Below are positions 1 through 14,623 of a stretch of DNA of 64,000 nt, in pieces. The translations under genes and the position numbers were made by a program. Within the stretch, counting starts at the first letter, position 1, and each line of letters starts with the position of its first letter. Source of the stretch: Piromyces finnis finn (lineage: Eukaryota; Fungi; Neocallimastigomycota). Where the stretch lies: assembly GCA_002104945.1 (NCBI GenBank), contig MCFH01000062.1, forward strand, positions 62,001 through 126,000. Reading direction: 5' to 3'. The notes under the pieces are model-generated. The model was given only the letters and a program-made list of their open reading frames with translations, searched no databases and was not told the origin of the DNA.

Positions 1-82
1 GTAATTTTATTAAAAAAATATTTTAATAATATAATAAATGTAATAATATTAATAATATTCTATTCATAATATATCATTATAG

Positions 83-1796
83 GAAATTATATAGAGTTTA
101 ATAATAGTAAAATAGAAGTTGGACTAACTATTAATGAGTGCAATGATTCATATTTATATCAAGATATTGAAAATATTGGAATTAAATCATGGTATTAACT
201 TATTTAAAAATAAATAATACTTATAAAATTAATAATATAAAAAATATAGATTATTAATTTCATAATATTATATATTATATATTATACATATACATATACA
301 AAATAAATAAATAAATAAAAAAAAGTTATCTTCCAAAATGTAATCCATCATGTAATACAGGAAAATGTATTAATATTAATATTTGTGATTGTTCAAACTC
401 ACAATACGTAGGATTATATTGTAATGAATATTATAAGACCGAAAAAACAGAAATTTTAGATTTAGTTGTAAAGATTATTTCGTATTCTTTAACGTTCATT
501 ACAATATTATTATTAATTGGAATATGGGTATTCAAAAAAAATGAAAAAGTTAAAGCTGGTAAAAATAAAAAAAAAAATTAAATCTATTTACTAGCAATGT
601 TTTTTTTAATTAGTTCATGATAAATTAAAAGTATTAATTTTTTCTAACAAAATATATTATATAAATAATATATAGCAAGTTTTGATTTCTTAGTATTAAT
701 TTTAATTGGAATTATTATTAACAATATGTACTTGATTGTATTAACAAAAAAACAAGATTCTGTAGAAAATTGTGTTGCTGAATACTTATTTAAAAATGTG
801 GTGTGTATATTTAACTTATTCTAATCTTTATATAAATATATATATTCATTTAATTGTTTTAGAAATGAATAAAACACTTTAATTAATAAAAAAAATTTTT
901 TTTCCTATTATTTCAGGGATTTTCTTTAGTATTTGGTTGTATTCTTGGCAAAACACTTAGAATATTCATCATGTATAACTAATAATTTAATAATTTATAT
1001 AATTTATATACTAAAATTAATATTGAATAATGATTAAAATGAAAATTAACGATTTAAAATTTAAAATTTAATTTATATAGATTTGAAAATAATAGAAAAT
1101 TAAAATTTCTAATCAGAAAAAAACCAATGTATTCAATTGTTTTTTCAATTTTATTATTCCATTTAGCCACAACTTTAATAATGACATTGAAAAATGAGGT
1201 ACATTTGAATATTCAAGAAATAACATATAACGGAAAAAAACAGCAATATAATTCATGCAGTTTTCCACCATTAAAAAAAATTGGGTATATAATACTATTT
1301 TTTTTTAAAATATATATATATAATAATTTACTGATAAAAATCTTTAAAAAAAAGTTTTATGGTAAACATTATTATTATTTTCATAGAATCTGCATGATCA
1401 TATGGAAATAGAAATGTAAAAGAAAACTTCAAGGAGGTATAATATATTTAATTATAGTAATAATAATAATAACAATAATTTTAAAAATATTATATTAACA
1501 TAAATTTTTTTTAAAAAAAAAAAAAATCTTTTTAAATTGATATTTATTAGTCTTTAACTATACCTGCCTATACCTATATATTATTAACTATTTTAATAGA
1601 CGTTGTATCAGTCGAATATGGAATATATCATTATATATTTAATGCTGTAGGAATGGTTATTAATACAATCGTTGTATTGTACTTTATATATATTAATAAA
1701 TATTTTAAATTGTTTTTTAATATTACAAAAGATTCATCAACTAATGTATTAAATACCACAATTAATAATAATTCAAATACATTTATTTTTAAATAA
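83..1796 (+). pseudogene. 3' part of a multi-exon class C-like GPCR (EGF-like domain + 7TM), apparently decayed
   Basis: Manual splicing gives ...ENIGIKSC|YLPKCNPSCNTGKCININICDCSNSQYVGLYCNEYY (EGF-like), then TM segments (KIISYSLTFITILLLIGIWVF; FDFLVLILIGII; GFSLVFGCILGKTLRIF) and a last exon SLTIPAYTYILL...FIFK* ending at 1796. In-frame stops occur near 985 and 1396. The 5' end lies outside the window. Confidence 0.7.
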
Positions 1797-2101
1797 ATGC
1801 TATCCTATTAATATTAATAAAATATTGAAATATAATTAATGATTTAGAAATATTTTCTAAAGAAAAAAACATTATTATTAATAGATTTCAAAAACAAATT
1901 TATTAAAAAAAATAAAGAATAAAGATAACATTTTAAAAGTTGCAGAAAAAAATTTTTTTTTTTCTTTTACATTATATTTAATTATTTTTATTATTATTTT
2001 TTTTGTTTCTTTTTATTAGTAGTTTTTATCTTATATAATTTATTATTATTTTTATTAATATTTTTTATTATATACATTTATATAATATACATTTTTTTAA
2101 A

Positions 2102-4653
2102 TTATTCATTAGAATATAAAGTTTTATTAGAACTATTTGGAGATGAGAATGATATATGCACAGATATATCAGTTTCATTTTCATTTTCATTTTCGATTTC
2201 ATTTTCATCTTCTATATTATAATTAATTGTTTCTGAAGAATTACTCTTCTTCTTGTCTTTTGATATTAAATTAGTAGTAGATTTAGTAAAATTAGAATCA
2301 GCTTTATTACTAAATTCTTGTTCAGGATGTCTAATAGCATAAATTAATCTTGAACCAACAATAATATAAACACATAAAATGTTATAAACCATATAGGCTA
2401 TTAGAAATATTACATAGTAGGTGAAATATCCGTTTGCTGGTAAATATGGTATAATAAAATCTCTTAAAGATTCTGCAATTAAAATTAAAATTAAACCATA
2501 TATAAAATTGAATTCACCATAATGTTTTGAAATTTTTCCTGTTTTAATAATCATATATACTATGCTTATTAACTAAAATTTAGATATTATAAATAATATA
2601 TGATAAAAAATTAATATTAGATATTAATTTTAAAAGTGACTTTTTTTTTATTATTTTTATTAAAAATTTTAAATATTTTTTATAAAAAAGGAAAAAAGTG
2701 TTATATATTTACCAATATGAAAAATATACCATAATCTACATAGGTAAATCCATCGCTTTCATCAAATTCACATGTTTGTTGACGATAGGTTGAAATGTTA
2801 CCATAAGACTCCAAATAGAAATGGAATATGAAAAATGCAGTAATAGCTGCAGTAACGACAGATATAATAAATAATGTTCCTAAAATTATAAATAAACGTT
2901 TATTTTTCAATCTTTTTCCAATAACTACCTTAGATGTATTATTATAGATAGAATAAATACGATAGGTAATTGCTACCATTGGAAACATAATTAAAGATGA
3001 ATCTAAAATAGATTCGATAAATTCATATTTACATTTTAGAATTGAAGGGTTTTGAATCATGAAATAAGGTGTTAATGGAATATCTATAGAGTATCCAATA
3101 ATAATTATAATACATAATCCTGGAGAAAGAAGTTTAACACGTGGATGTTCTTTATATTTAATAACTAAACCGATTATGATAATAGATACTATTGTAAAAA
3201 TTACCATTGGTATATATAACCCTAACGTGGAAACATCTTTATTACTGTTCTTGTCCATAACTAAATAATAAATATTTTCGAGCATATCAACTATAGGTTC
3301 TGAATTTCCATCTATTAAGAATTTTTTTAATGCTTCTGGTAAAAATGCTCTAATTTCCATAAAGGGTGCACTGTATTCACTTGTAAAAAGCTTTTTCATA
3401 TCAATACTTTCTACACTTTCCACTATATTTTTGTAATCTAAATCATCATGAAAAACATCAGGTTTAACTTCATTCATAGTATAAGTTGGTAGTTTACACA
3501 ACTTTTCAAATGTAACTGTTTGAAAATCGGATGAAGTAAGTTGAAGGGCAACTTGAAAGAGTAAATCTTTATTGATTTGACTATTTTTATTAATAACCAA
3601 ATATTTTTTATTAACCACTGTTTTTTTAAATAAAAATGATTTACTAACACTACCTATATCTTTTTGACTTTTAATTGAACAGTAATGAGAAGCTTTTCCA
3701 TAAAAAGAATGATGATCATTTTTAAGGTTATTAAATGTATTGTTTAATGTTAAAGCATCTAAATCAGAAGTAGAAAATTTATTATTATGAAGTAAATAAT
3801 TTCTAAAAGAATCAATATAGTTTCTTTCTTTATTGTTTGAATTTTCATCCTTAATATGGTAACGTAAAAACTCCTCAATATTATTATCTACTGAATATAA
3901 GTATTCTATAAATGTAGCAAATAGTTTATCATCATTTACTAAATTAATACTTTTAAAAATATGATCATTTTCTAAATTAGCTTTTTGTTTGTCAGTGTTG
4001 TAAACTATATTGAAATCAATTTCGTAGGGTAATCCATACAAAATATCATTCATAAAACCTCCTGATACAATATCATGGTTGTAAATATTAGTATCAGAAG
4101 TATTATCTTTTAAAAAGGAATAAATATAAGTATAAGCTTCATGAAAAGCATCATTATCAAACCTTTTATTCATATGCTTGTTTTTTTCAAAATATTCAGA
4201 TAAATTTAGGTAATATTTTTGAATATTACGTTCATTGAAAGTATTTCTGACATAAGAACTTTCTATGGTTGATATATCACCAAATAAAAACTTTTCATCC
4301 AAAATAAAAATGTCATAATCAAACTTTTTTAATTGATTTAAAATATAGTTTACATAATCTTCATATTCTTTCTTATTTTTAATTTCTCCTGAAGCATTTT
4401 CATTATAAGAAAAATTTACCTCTACATTATTTAACTTTTCTTTTAAATATTGATTAACTACATTATTATAATTATTAATATTCCATTCATTATCTATTAT
4501 AATATTTTCTGGTTTATCTATTAAAATATTAATATTCGTTATATCCCTTTTTTTATTGATAAGTACCGATTTTTCAGTAAGTTTGGTTAAAGCTTTTTCT
4601 GTAAAGAGGATCCATATATAGAATATATAATGAAAACAAATTATTATTTTCAT
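2102..4653 (-). CDS. Class C-like GPCR with N-terminal periplasmic solute-binding-protein-like ectodomain; 2 exons (4653-2713, 2572-2102)
   Basis: The 650-aa and 150-aa ORFs join in phase 0 across a GT..AG intron at 2712-2573 (140 bp): ...YGIFFIL|LISIVYMIIKTGKISKHYGEF. Signal peptide, SBP-like segment (LYGLPYEIDFNIVY), 7TM block with KCK..ES and C..D motifs, and a Ser/Asn/Glu-rich tail. Confidence 0.8.
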
Positions 4654-5014
4654 TTTAATTAAATTAAATTAAATTGAACTGAATTATTATTATAAATAAA
4701 TAATTTTTATCTATAAATTATTTAATAATTATAAAAAATAAAGTATAAATTCATAATTAATTTTATATATTTTAATTCATTTTAAATGTCTTTTATATCA
4801 TTAAAAAGATTATTATAAAAATTTAAATAAAAAACTTTTTTCTTCTGATAAAATACTTACTTATTATTATTAATATTAATCAATATTATTGGCTTTTTAT
4901 TCTAATCTTTATTATTATATAATTATATATAATTATATATTTCAAAATGACTTTCTTTCGTTTTTTTTTTTTTGTTTTTTGTTTATTTTTTTTGTTTTTT
5001 TATTATACTAAATG

Positions 5015-5045
<31 letters not shown>

Positions 5046-6267
5046 AAATGAATTTCTTTTTATATATATACAATTATGAAAAATGTATACATAATTACAT
5101 TTTTAATTGTTTTCTTGTACTACTAGAAATTTAAAATTAAATTAAAAAATGATATATTATATAATATATAATATTTAATTATATGAATTTATTATAATAT
5201 ATTAGAATATATTTTATAGATCATTATTTTTTTAAAAAATAAACAAACTTTATTTATAATAATTAATTATTATGAATGTAAAATCTTATTAAACTTTTTT
5301 TTTTACTTATAATATTTAAAATAAAAAAAATAGTTTTTTTATTCTCTATTGAATAAGTATTTAATAATATTAATAATATATTTATTTAGATTTTTCTTTT
5401 TTAAAACTGGCCTACTTTAACCTTAAAAAATTTAAAGATTCTTTATATTTTATATAAATTTAAAATGTTTTTTTTTTTTCCTAATTAAAATTTAATATAA
5501 ATCATAATTGATTGATCCACATAACGCATAAGAATATTCTATCTTATATTAAAGGTTTTATTATTCATTAAATTTTTATTAATTATATTAAGAAATTTAA
5601 TTTAAATTATTAATAAAATGAAAATTAATAAATTTAAAATTGTTACACTAAAAAATAAACTTTAATTATTATTAAATTGCTTTTCTTCCAAACTTTTTTT
5701 AAAATATTAATTTTTAGAAAGATTTATAATATAAGAGATGCAAAAGAATAAATATACTAGGTATACTGTAGTGTAGCATATTAAATAAAAATAAACTAGA
5801 AACAAATGTATAAATAGAAATTGAATTAATGGGTTTTAAAGAAATAAAAGTTTTATTTTTTAAAAAAATTATTATAAAAATAAAAAGAATCTTTTAAAAA
5901 AACAAAATTTTAAAGATAAAATAGAATACATTGTTAACTCTTTTATACTACTGAAATCATAATTGTTTGAATAATAATAATAATAATAGATTATAATGAT
6001 AATAATAAAAATAATAATAATAATAATAGATTATAATGATAATGATAATAATAAAAATAATAATAATAATAGATAATAATTAAAAATCAATTAGTTAAAT
6101 ATATAATTAAAATAATAAAATATTGAATATTGCTTATTTGTATTCTTTGAATATCTTATTGAATAATTTTTAAACCATATATTTAAAGTAATCTTTTCAT
6201 AATAATAATTATTGTTATCCGAATTTAATAATTATGTCTTATTTTTTTCTTAAAAAAAAAAGTGTAA

Positions 6268-7929
6268 CTAAAAAGGATCATTATTTTGTGAATCATCGTT
6301 TTTTTGTTGTGAAAATTGCATATTTAAACTATTTAAATTACTTATTGGGTTATCGTTTTGCTGAATTGATTGTAGTAGATTATAGCCATAATAATATGGA
6401 TTTAATATTGAATTCATAATTATATTTCGATTCAACATTGAATTCATATTTATATTTTGATCTATAACATACTGACTAGTTGTTGGATTAATATCAAGAG
6501 TATAATTATTATTATTATTATTATCATTAAAATTAGAATATAATAAAAGTGGGAAACTAGATAATTCTAGATTTGAATTACTTGTTAGCTGGAATTCAGT
6601 AGTACTTAATGTATTGCTATTATCATCATCGTCATCATTATTACTGATAACATTGTAATTATATTTTTCTTTTCCTTTATTTTTACTTTTATTAGGAGAG
6701 ATAGAGTCATTATAATTTTTTAACTTTTTAGAGTTACTAATACTATCCTTATTAGGTTTTCTCTTTCTTTTATTACCATTTGAATAATGGTCTTCTTTGT
6801 TTTTCTCTTTTCTCTTCTTTTCATCATTAACATTGGAGCATGACGGTCCATCCATATTTTGATTTGATTTTTTTTTGTTTAAACTATTTTTTTTTCTATT
6901 TTCTTGTTCAAGGTTTTTTAAATATTCAAGAACACTTGCTTCAAGTTCTTTTTCAGTGTTGGTACTATAAAGAATTTTATCATTTGAAAAGTCATCGTTG
7001 TTTTTCCTTTTTCCCTTTTTTTTATCATTAACTTTGGAGCATGATGCACCACCCAAATTTCGGTTTGATTTTTTTTTATTTAAACTATTTTTTTTGTCAT
7101 TTTCTTGTTCAAGTTCTTTTTCACTATAAAAATTAAGTTTGAAAGTAAAAAAATCTTTAAATTTTTGGGTTTTTGCTACTTTTGAATATTCCTTAAAAAA
7201 GGAATACATATAATACCATATATCATTTTCTAAGCCTAGCAAATAATCAATAAAAAAAAAATTTGTAACAGAATCTCTCCTCTTATAAAGTTGTTTATTA
7301 CTTACTAAGGAAAAGAAATCAGAGATGATATATTTATCCTTTTCTTTTTCATTTCCTTTAGGGACAATAACAAAACAATAAATTTTATTATTCTTTTCAT
7401 TCATATTAAATTCTATTGTATAACTTTCGAAATCGTTATCATTATTTTTATTTTGAAATTTAACTTTACCAAGTATATTTATATTGAATTTACTATTTTC
7501 ATTATTTTCATCTTGTTTTCCTTTCATATCCATTACTTTTTTAAACGTTCTATATGAACCTGAAATTGATACAATATAAACTATTTTGTCATCAGGTATA
7601 TCTTTAAATAAAAAGTTAGATAATTCAATATAGCTTTTTTCTGATTTGTCATTTCTCTCCAAGTAGAATATTTTTTTTATAAAGTGAGAATTGTTTTTAC
7701 TGTCATTAATTTTTATATAGTCTTTACCCAATACACTTATCAGTTCATTACATCTTATAAATATTTTTTGAAGTTGTTCGGCATAGTTATAATTATTTTT
7801 GATTCTTTTGTTTTTTAAGACTTGTTTTATATAAAACCAGCATTGTATTGGATTAATTATATAATTATTATAACTATTAATATACTCATTTATAAAAGTT
7901 TCAATAATATTTTCTAGTTCACCATCCAT
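6268..7929 (-). CDS. Hypothetical 553-aa protein with an internal ~42-aa Lys-rich duplication and an Asn/Ser-rich tail
   Basis: Long uninterrupted ORF in AT-rich DNA. Repeats LEQENDKKNSLNKKKSNRNLGGASCSKVND and LEQENRKKNSLNKKKSNQNMDGPSCSNVND. No recognisable domain. Confidence 0.65.
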   Translation of the reverse strand: MDGELENIIETFINEYINSYNNYIINPIQCWFYIKQVLKNKRIKNNYNYAEQLQKIFIRCNELISVLGKDYIKINDSKNNSHFIKKIFYLERNDKSEKSYIELSNFLFKDIPDDKIVYIVSISGSYRTFKKVMDMKGKQDENNENSKFNINILGKVKFQNKNNDNDFESYTIEFNMNEKNNKIYCFVIVPKGNEKEKDKYIISDFFSLVSNKQLYKRRDSVTNFFFIDYLLGLENDIWYYMYSFFKEYSKVAKTQKFKDFFTFKLNFYSEKELEQENDKKNSLNKKKSNRNLGGASCSKVNDKKKGKRKNNDDFSNDKILYSTNTEKELEASVLEYLKNLEQENRKKNSLNKKKSNQNMDGPSCSNVNDEKKRKEKNKEDHYSNGNKRKRKPNKDSISNSKKLKNYNDSISPNKSKNKGKEKYNYNVISNNDDDDDNSNTLSTTEFQLTSNSNLELSSFPLLLYSNFNDNNNNNNYTLDINPTTSQYVIDQNINMNSMLNRNIIMNSILNPYYYGYNLLQSIQQNDNPISNLNSLNMQFSQQKNDDSQNNDPF

Positions 7930-9016
7930 TTCATAATAATATTATATATTATAGTAAGTAAGAGGTATATGATATCAAAAAAAGAGAGAGATTTTATTAC
8001 TTATAATGAGTTATTTTTTTTCTATTTTAAACTTTATATATATTAAATTTATTTCATCCTTTGAAATGTGATTGGTTTTCATTTAATTTTATTTTTAAAA
8101 TAAAAATAGAAAAATAGATCTTCTTTTTATGTCTTTTTTTTTTTTTCGCAAGATATACAAAATAAAATATAAAAATGGATATAGAAATATATATGTTTAG
8201 AAACAACTAATCAAAAGAAAGTTTTTTTTTTCTTAATATTCCAATAAAATATTATATATGCATTTTAGACATTTTATTTTAAAACATTTAAAACGAAATA
8301 AATATATATAATAGTTTAATTTAATGTATGTATATGTAGGTATAGAAACTAACAAAATTATCCCATATTTAAAATATAATATTATAAAAAAAAAAAGGGG
8401 GGAAAAAAAATAATTTTTTTATCAATTCCAGCCTAATAATATAGACATAATGAAATCCCTTTCAATATGTCCATGTATTTTGTAAATCATACACTAAAAA
8501 ATTTTTCTTTTATTATGTTATCTATATATTATTACCAAATAATAGGTATTAAAATATTTATAAGTATTGTACACTTTAATCGATAATATAATAATATAAT
8601 GAGTAGAATATATTTTATAATATTTATCTTTATTTTAAATAATGATTTTGTATGATTTTCAATTGATAATATTTATTTTTTTTTATGATTATATTTTCAA
8701 AAATATATTAATATATATAATTTTCAAAATTAAATAATTATTTATAAACATTTTCATCAAATTTAAAGTTCACTCATTCTTATTCATGATTTTTTTTTTT
8801 ATTAAAGGAGAATAAGAAAAAAAAAATAATAATTATTTAAAAAAAAAAATTGAAATCTAATAAATTTATATGTTTTTGTTTTTCTTTATTCCTTAACTAT
8901 ACAATTATTTATATAACATTAATAAATAAATTTGATGTAATAAGGATACTATAAATATATATATTAATATTTAAAACGTTGTAAAAATACTTTTTAATTT
9001 TTTTTCTATATCTGTT

Positions 9017-9051
<35 letters not shown>

Positions 9052-9561
9052 CTCCTTTATATACATCAAAGAATATAAAAGAAAAAAGGTATAAAAAGAT
9101 TACTTTAATACACCAAGTTTAATTTATATTAATTGTATTTTTATTAGTTTTATTACTATTTGCATTTTTTTAAAACTAAATAAGAAAAATAAAAATGTAT
9201 AACATATTTACTATAAAAAAAGTAAAGATTTTTATAAACAATATAACCTTTTATCACATACAAAACACTTGACATATTACATATATTTATGTAAAAATTC
9301 ACAAAATCATAAATTTTAAAGTTAAAATCCAATCATTTAGAAAAGTATTTTAAAATATTAATTAAATATTAATAAAAGAATTTTATAATAAAAATATTAA
9401 AAAAAAAAATGAAAAAGTTGTTAAATTATTTAAAAAACTTTAAATGATATTACTTTTTTTTATTTATTTATTTTAATATTAAATAAATAAAGAAATATAT
9501 ATCATACTTTTATATATATATAATAAGAAAAATATTATATAACTCTTCACAATACAAGATA

Positions 9562-10811
9562 ATGCCTGTAAATATTAATATAAAAGAAGAGCTTTATGAT
9601 AGTGAAGAAAAGGAAACTGTAAAAAATATTAAATATTATGTAAAAAAAGTAATTTGGGTATTATTTATTACTTTATTTACATTTTATCTATCCTATAGCT
9701 CTTTATTCAGTATTATTCATGATAATAGATATATAAATGTTGAATACAAAAAAAGTGAGATTATTCCTAATGTAAAAGAAATTGAACCTCCATCGGATTT
9801 TCACTGTTTACAATCCAATAATACCAAAGGTCCAATTACTTTAGATATAAAAAAAGATGATGGAACAAAAAAAAATTTTTATGAAATACTAAATAACGCT
9901 CAAATATTTAAAGAAGACAATACAAAAATTGCAATTGTTATGTTTTATAATGATATTGAATCAAATTCAATTGATGAAAATGCCATTAGTGAAATATATC
10001 AATATGCAAAAATCCATAAATATAATCTTAAATTAAATAAAAATGTATATAATAAAGATAAAAGTATATATTATATGAAACTTTCGGTGATACTAGAAAC
10101 AATAGTAGAAGGTTTAAAAAAGAAAAATTATGACTGGGTTTTGTTAGTATATATAAAACAAAAATAAATATAAATATATAAATACTTTTTTTTTTAAAAA
10201 AAATATTTTATTTTGTTAAATCTAATAAAAAAAATTATTATTATTTCTTAAAAATTAATTTAATATATTGTTAATATTATAGTTGGGTTAACAGTGATGT
10301 CTCAATAACGAATCCAGGAATTAAATTGGAGACTTTTCTCCCAACTGATGAAAATGTTCATTTTTTAGCTTCATCGGATAATGATGGACTTAATGATGGG
10401 GTATTTTTCATAAGGGTTCATCCATGGTCATATGACATATTACTTAATGCTTTTTCTTATTCCCATTATAATAAAGGAAAATTTTTAAAATTTGCTGAAC
10501 AAACATGTTTGAATAATATATTAAGTGATGAGAGTCATAAAGATCATTATGTTATCGTGCCAAATGAATGGTTTAATGTCAATTTTGATGATAGAAAAAA
10601 AGGTGATTTTATAGTACATTTTAAGGATATTGAATTTAAAAATGAAAAGGCAATGAATCTTCGTAAAGAAATTAATAATGAATGGTATGAAGCTTCTAAT
10701 AATAAAGATTTAAGAAAAGAAGTATTGGATTATTATCAAAAATCAAGAAGTTCCCAAAGTCATGGTGGTGTATTTAAAGAAATAAATTATGATAATAAAA
10801 AGAAACTTTAA
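9562..10811 (+). CDS. GT34 (MNN10/GMA12-like) glycosyltransferase, type II membrane; 2 exons (9562-10142, 10283-10811)
   Basis: N-terminal TM anchor. Intron GTTAGT..ATAG at 10143-10282 joins YDWVF-WVNSDVSITNPGIKLETFLP. Further GT34-like motifs: YYMKL, GLNDGVFFIRVHPWS, EQT, F.VHF. Confidence 0.85.
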
Positions 10812-12976
10812 GTACTTTCATAAAAATAAATCATGAATAGATTTTCCAGTTGATGCTTTATTGTATTATCATTCTTTATAAAGGCATAAAATTTTAAAAA
10901 AATTATATATAATAAAGAATGTCAATTAATTAAAAAAAAATCGAAACTTAATTAATAAAATAAGTTTAATTAAAATTAAAATATAAGGGAAAATGAAAAT
11001 ATTATTATTAAAACAATGAGTAAAATAATTAAAAAAAAAAGTTTAAATTATTAATTAAATTATTATTTAATTGAATAGTTTTTAATAAGAAATAATTTTA
11101 AACGCTTATTATATAAATATAAAAAAAATAAATAAATAAACAAAATAGAAATAAAATAATTAAATAGAATTTGGAATTAAATCAAACAAAAAAAAATGGA
11201 GCTTTAAAAACTTTTTCTCATCCATATTAAGTGTAGTAAAAAAAAAAAAATTATGATTAGTGGTAGGATTTTAGAACCGTTTTACTATACAATTTAATAA
11301 TATTTCATTCATATATAAAAAAAAAATCAATACTTGATTAACATTTTAAAATAGAATTTAATTTTCTAAAAATTATGATTATCTTTTATTACACTTTTTT
11401 ATTTATTTATTTTTAAATGAATATACTTTTAAATATACAGTTATACAGTTATAAAAGTATATTTCTACTTTACAATTTAATAGAACCACTATATAAATTG
11501 CTATAATATTAATAATTTATTAATTGAAACTAATAAAACTAATAAAAAAAAAATTCTATAGATTATAATAATAAAAAAGAATATATCTTGGAATACTAAA
11601 ATATTATGTATATTTTAATGCATATAATTATATTAGTCCTATTTACATTGCATAATTAAAAGTATTATATTTAAGATATTTTTATATCTTTGATTTTTTT
11701 TTAAAAAAAAAAAAAAGTTAATATTATATAAATTTAACTTTTAAATTTTTAATATATGAAAAGAAATTCTTTAATAAAAACTTTATATTAAATGGTTTTG
11801 TTTAATACTAGATTTTATAAAATAAAAAAAACAAAAAAATAAAATATGAAAGATAAAAAAAAACACCATTTGATATATAAAAATATTTAACTTAATTTTT
11901 TTTTATTTTAATGATATTTAAATATATTTTTTTGTTTATAAAAATATATATATAGAAAAAAAAAAGTAAAACATCACAATTAGTTCTATATAAAAATTTA
12001 TTTTTTTGTTACACAAAATAAATAATAAAATTTTAATTATTAATAAAGTCAAAATTCCTTTATATATTTTCTTTTTCATAATCATAAAATATTCAAATAG
12101 TTAATTATTTTAATACTCATTAATATTTACATTAAATGCTTTTTTTTACAAATATTTAAATATTTTAGGATGAAAACGTAAAAAACGAATTATAAGATTT
12201 GTATTAAACTTTTGAGAATAATATAATAGAATAGAAAAAAAACCATTTTTTTCATTATTACTTTATTACACTATCTTATTTTATTTATTTTATTTTACTG
12301 GAGATAAGTTTGGCATTAGATTTATTACAACATTTGATTTATTATCTTTTGTCCATTTTTTACTTGAATTTCTTTTTTTGTAAAAAGTATTGGATAAACA
12401 ATTCAACTAATTTTTTTTTTTTTTTTTTAACGGCATCAAACTAATTTTTGTTAGTTTTGCTGTTGTTTATTATTTATTTCAAGCCAATCAATCCACCACC
12501 ATAAATTTCATTTTTGTGAAAAAATTTATATGTATTTAAATTTTATTTAAAAAAATTTTAAGTATATATATATATTAAATATTTTAAATATTATAAATGA
12601 TAGGAATATCTATATTTTAATTCTTTATATATCAAAAACATTTTTATCCAATTCATATATAATAAAGTTTTTGATATATTCACTTTGGTTTTAGGCTACT
12701 AAATTTTAGATAGTTTGAAAGATATAATTATTTTAAAATATTATATTACATTTTATTTCATATTCTTTTTTGTAATTTCTTCATATATAAATAATATTGT
12801 ATTTAATTAATATTTCATATTTTATATCATTCAATTAAAGTATTATAGTTTAATATAAAATACACAAAATTTTGTAAATATATTTATATTTATATAATTA
12901 TTTTCATTTTTATTTATTTATTTTAGTTATTTTTATTTATTTAAATACATATAAATAATTCTTCAACATCTTTTAG

Positions 12977-13954
12977 ATTGCTAAAAATAAATTACTTATA
13001 AAGGAAAGGGAAAAAAAAACATTTAATTACAGGATGTGAAAAAGTATAAATAATCGTAGTAAGATTGAGGGTTATAAATTAATATAGAAGTAACTATTTC
13101 AATAGCTGTTAATTAAATGCTAAAAAAAATTAATATAATTTTTAATTGATTTTATGGTTACCATAAAACCTACTAAAATCAAAATTAAGAAATATATATT
13201 TATTTTTTTTAAAAATGTTTATAATAATAGTACTATTAAAATTTATAAATATTTAATACAAATAATTAAAAATGGTTCAGTTCACTATAACATTAATACT
13301 TTTTCTTTGATCGTTTCTTCATTTAAGATCTTGACCTGAAAAGGAGACAATCCAAAATTTGATATAGTAGTCTTCATCATTCATACAAAGATAACAAATA
13401 CTTTATAGATATTCTCTTTCAATTTATTCATCAGATATTTTGTAATTGTGTAGTCATTTTACACATTATCAAATTTTTAGATTTTTTATTCTTGTTACTT
13501 GTTATTACTTGAGATAGAAGTAAGCTTTGTTCTTCTTTGTTCTTGAAATTATAATAATGACACAATATTGGTATTTAAAGTCACAGGATGTAAATTAGTA
13601 AAATGGCCTCAAAACACCCGTTATAATATTTTGTATTAGAAGTAACTAATTCTGCAGCTGTTAATTTTAAATCTAAATGGTCATGCTAATTTCTTTTATT
13701 TTTCTTTCTATGAAGGTATGGAGGTGTTGATGAAGTGTTTTTTCTTTATTTGATATCATTTTTACTATTATAATATCAAATATTTAATAAATAAAAACAA
13801 TACTATTATATATTATTTTAGAAACCTTTTTTAATCAATCTTAATACGCTCGATACTTTTTTCTTTTCATTTTTGAGACCGCTGAAGTTTTAAAAAATTT
13901 GAAAAATCCTTTTCCTTTTATACTTTTTTTTTTTCTAAAATTCAAAGTTATTTA

Positions 13955-13985
<31 letters not shown>

Positions 13986-14575
13986 AATAATAAATAATAA
14001 ATAATAAATAATAAATAATAAATAATAATAAATAATAAATAATAAATAATAAATAATAAATAATAAATAATATTATCATTTTATTCAAATTTAACATTTA
14101 AGAATTAATAAATTACTTGACACTTTTTATTTAATTTTCTAGTAATGTATTTTCTATTTTTTTGATTCTTTTTTATAAATTAAAAACTTTATATTTTCTA
14201 TATAAATTAAACTACTATTTTTGATAAATAATTAATAATTATTACTATGCTTTTTTATTTTATTGTTATATTATTTTAATATTTTAATATTCTTTCAATA
14301 TTATTATTTATTTTGTTTTAATTAAAAATTATTTTTTTATTTTTAGTTTTTATCTTTACCACACAAAAAATTTTCTTTACCACATAAAAAATTTTTTAGT
14401 GGTTAATTAAAATAAAATAATAAAAATTAATAAAAGTATTATAAAATAAAGGATAAAAAAATAAAAATAATCAAAGTGGTAAATTTAAAAAATAAAATGT
14501 CAAATAATTTATTAATTCTTAAGACTTGAAGTAGAATAATAAAGTAATAAAATAAATTTTTATTATTATATAACA

Positions 14576-14623
<48 letters not shown>

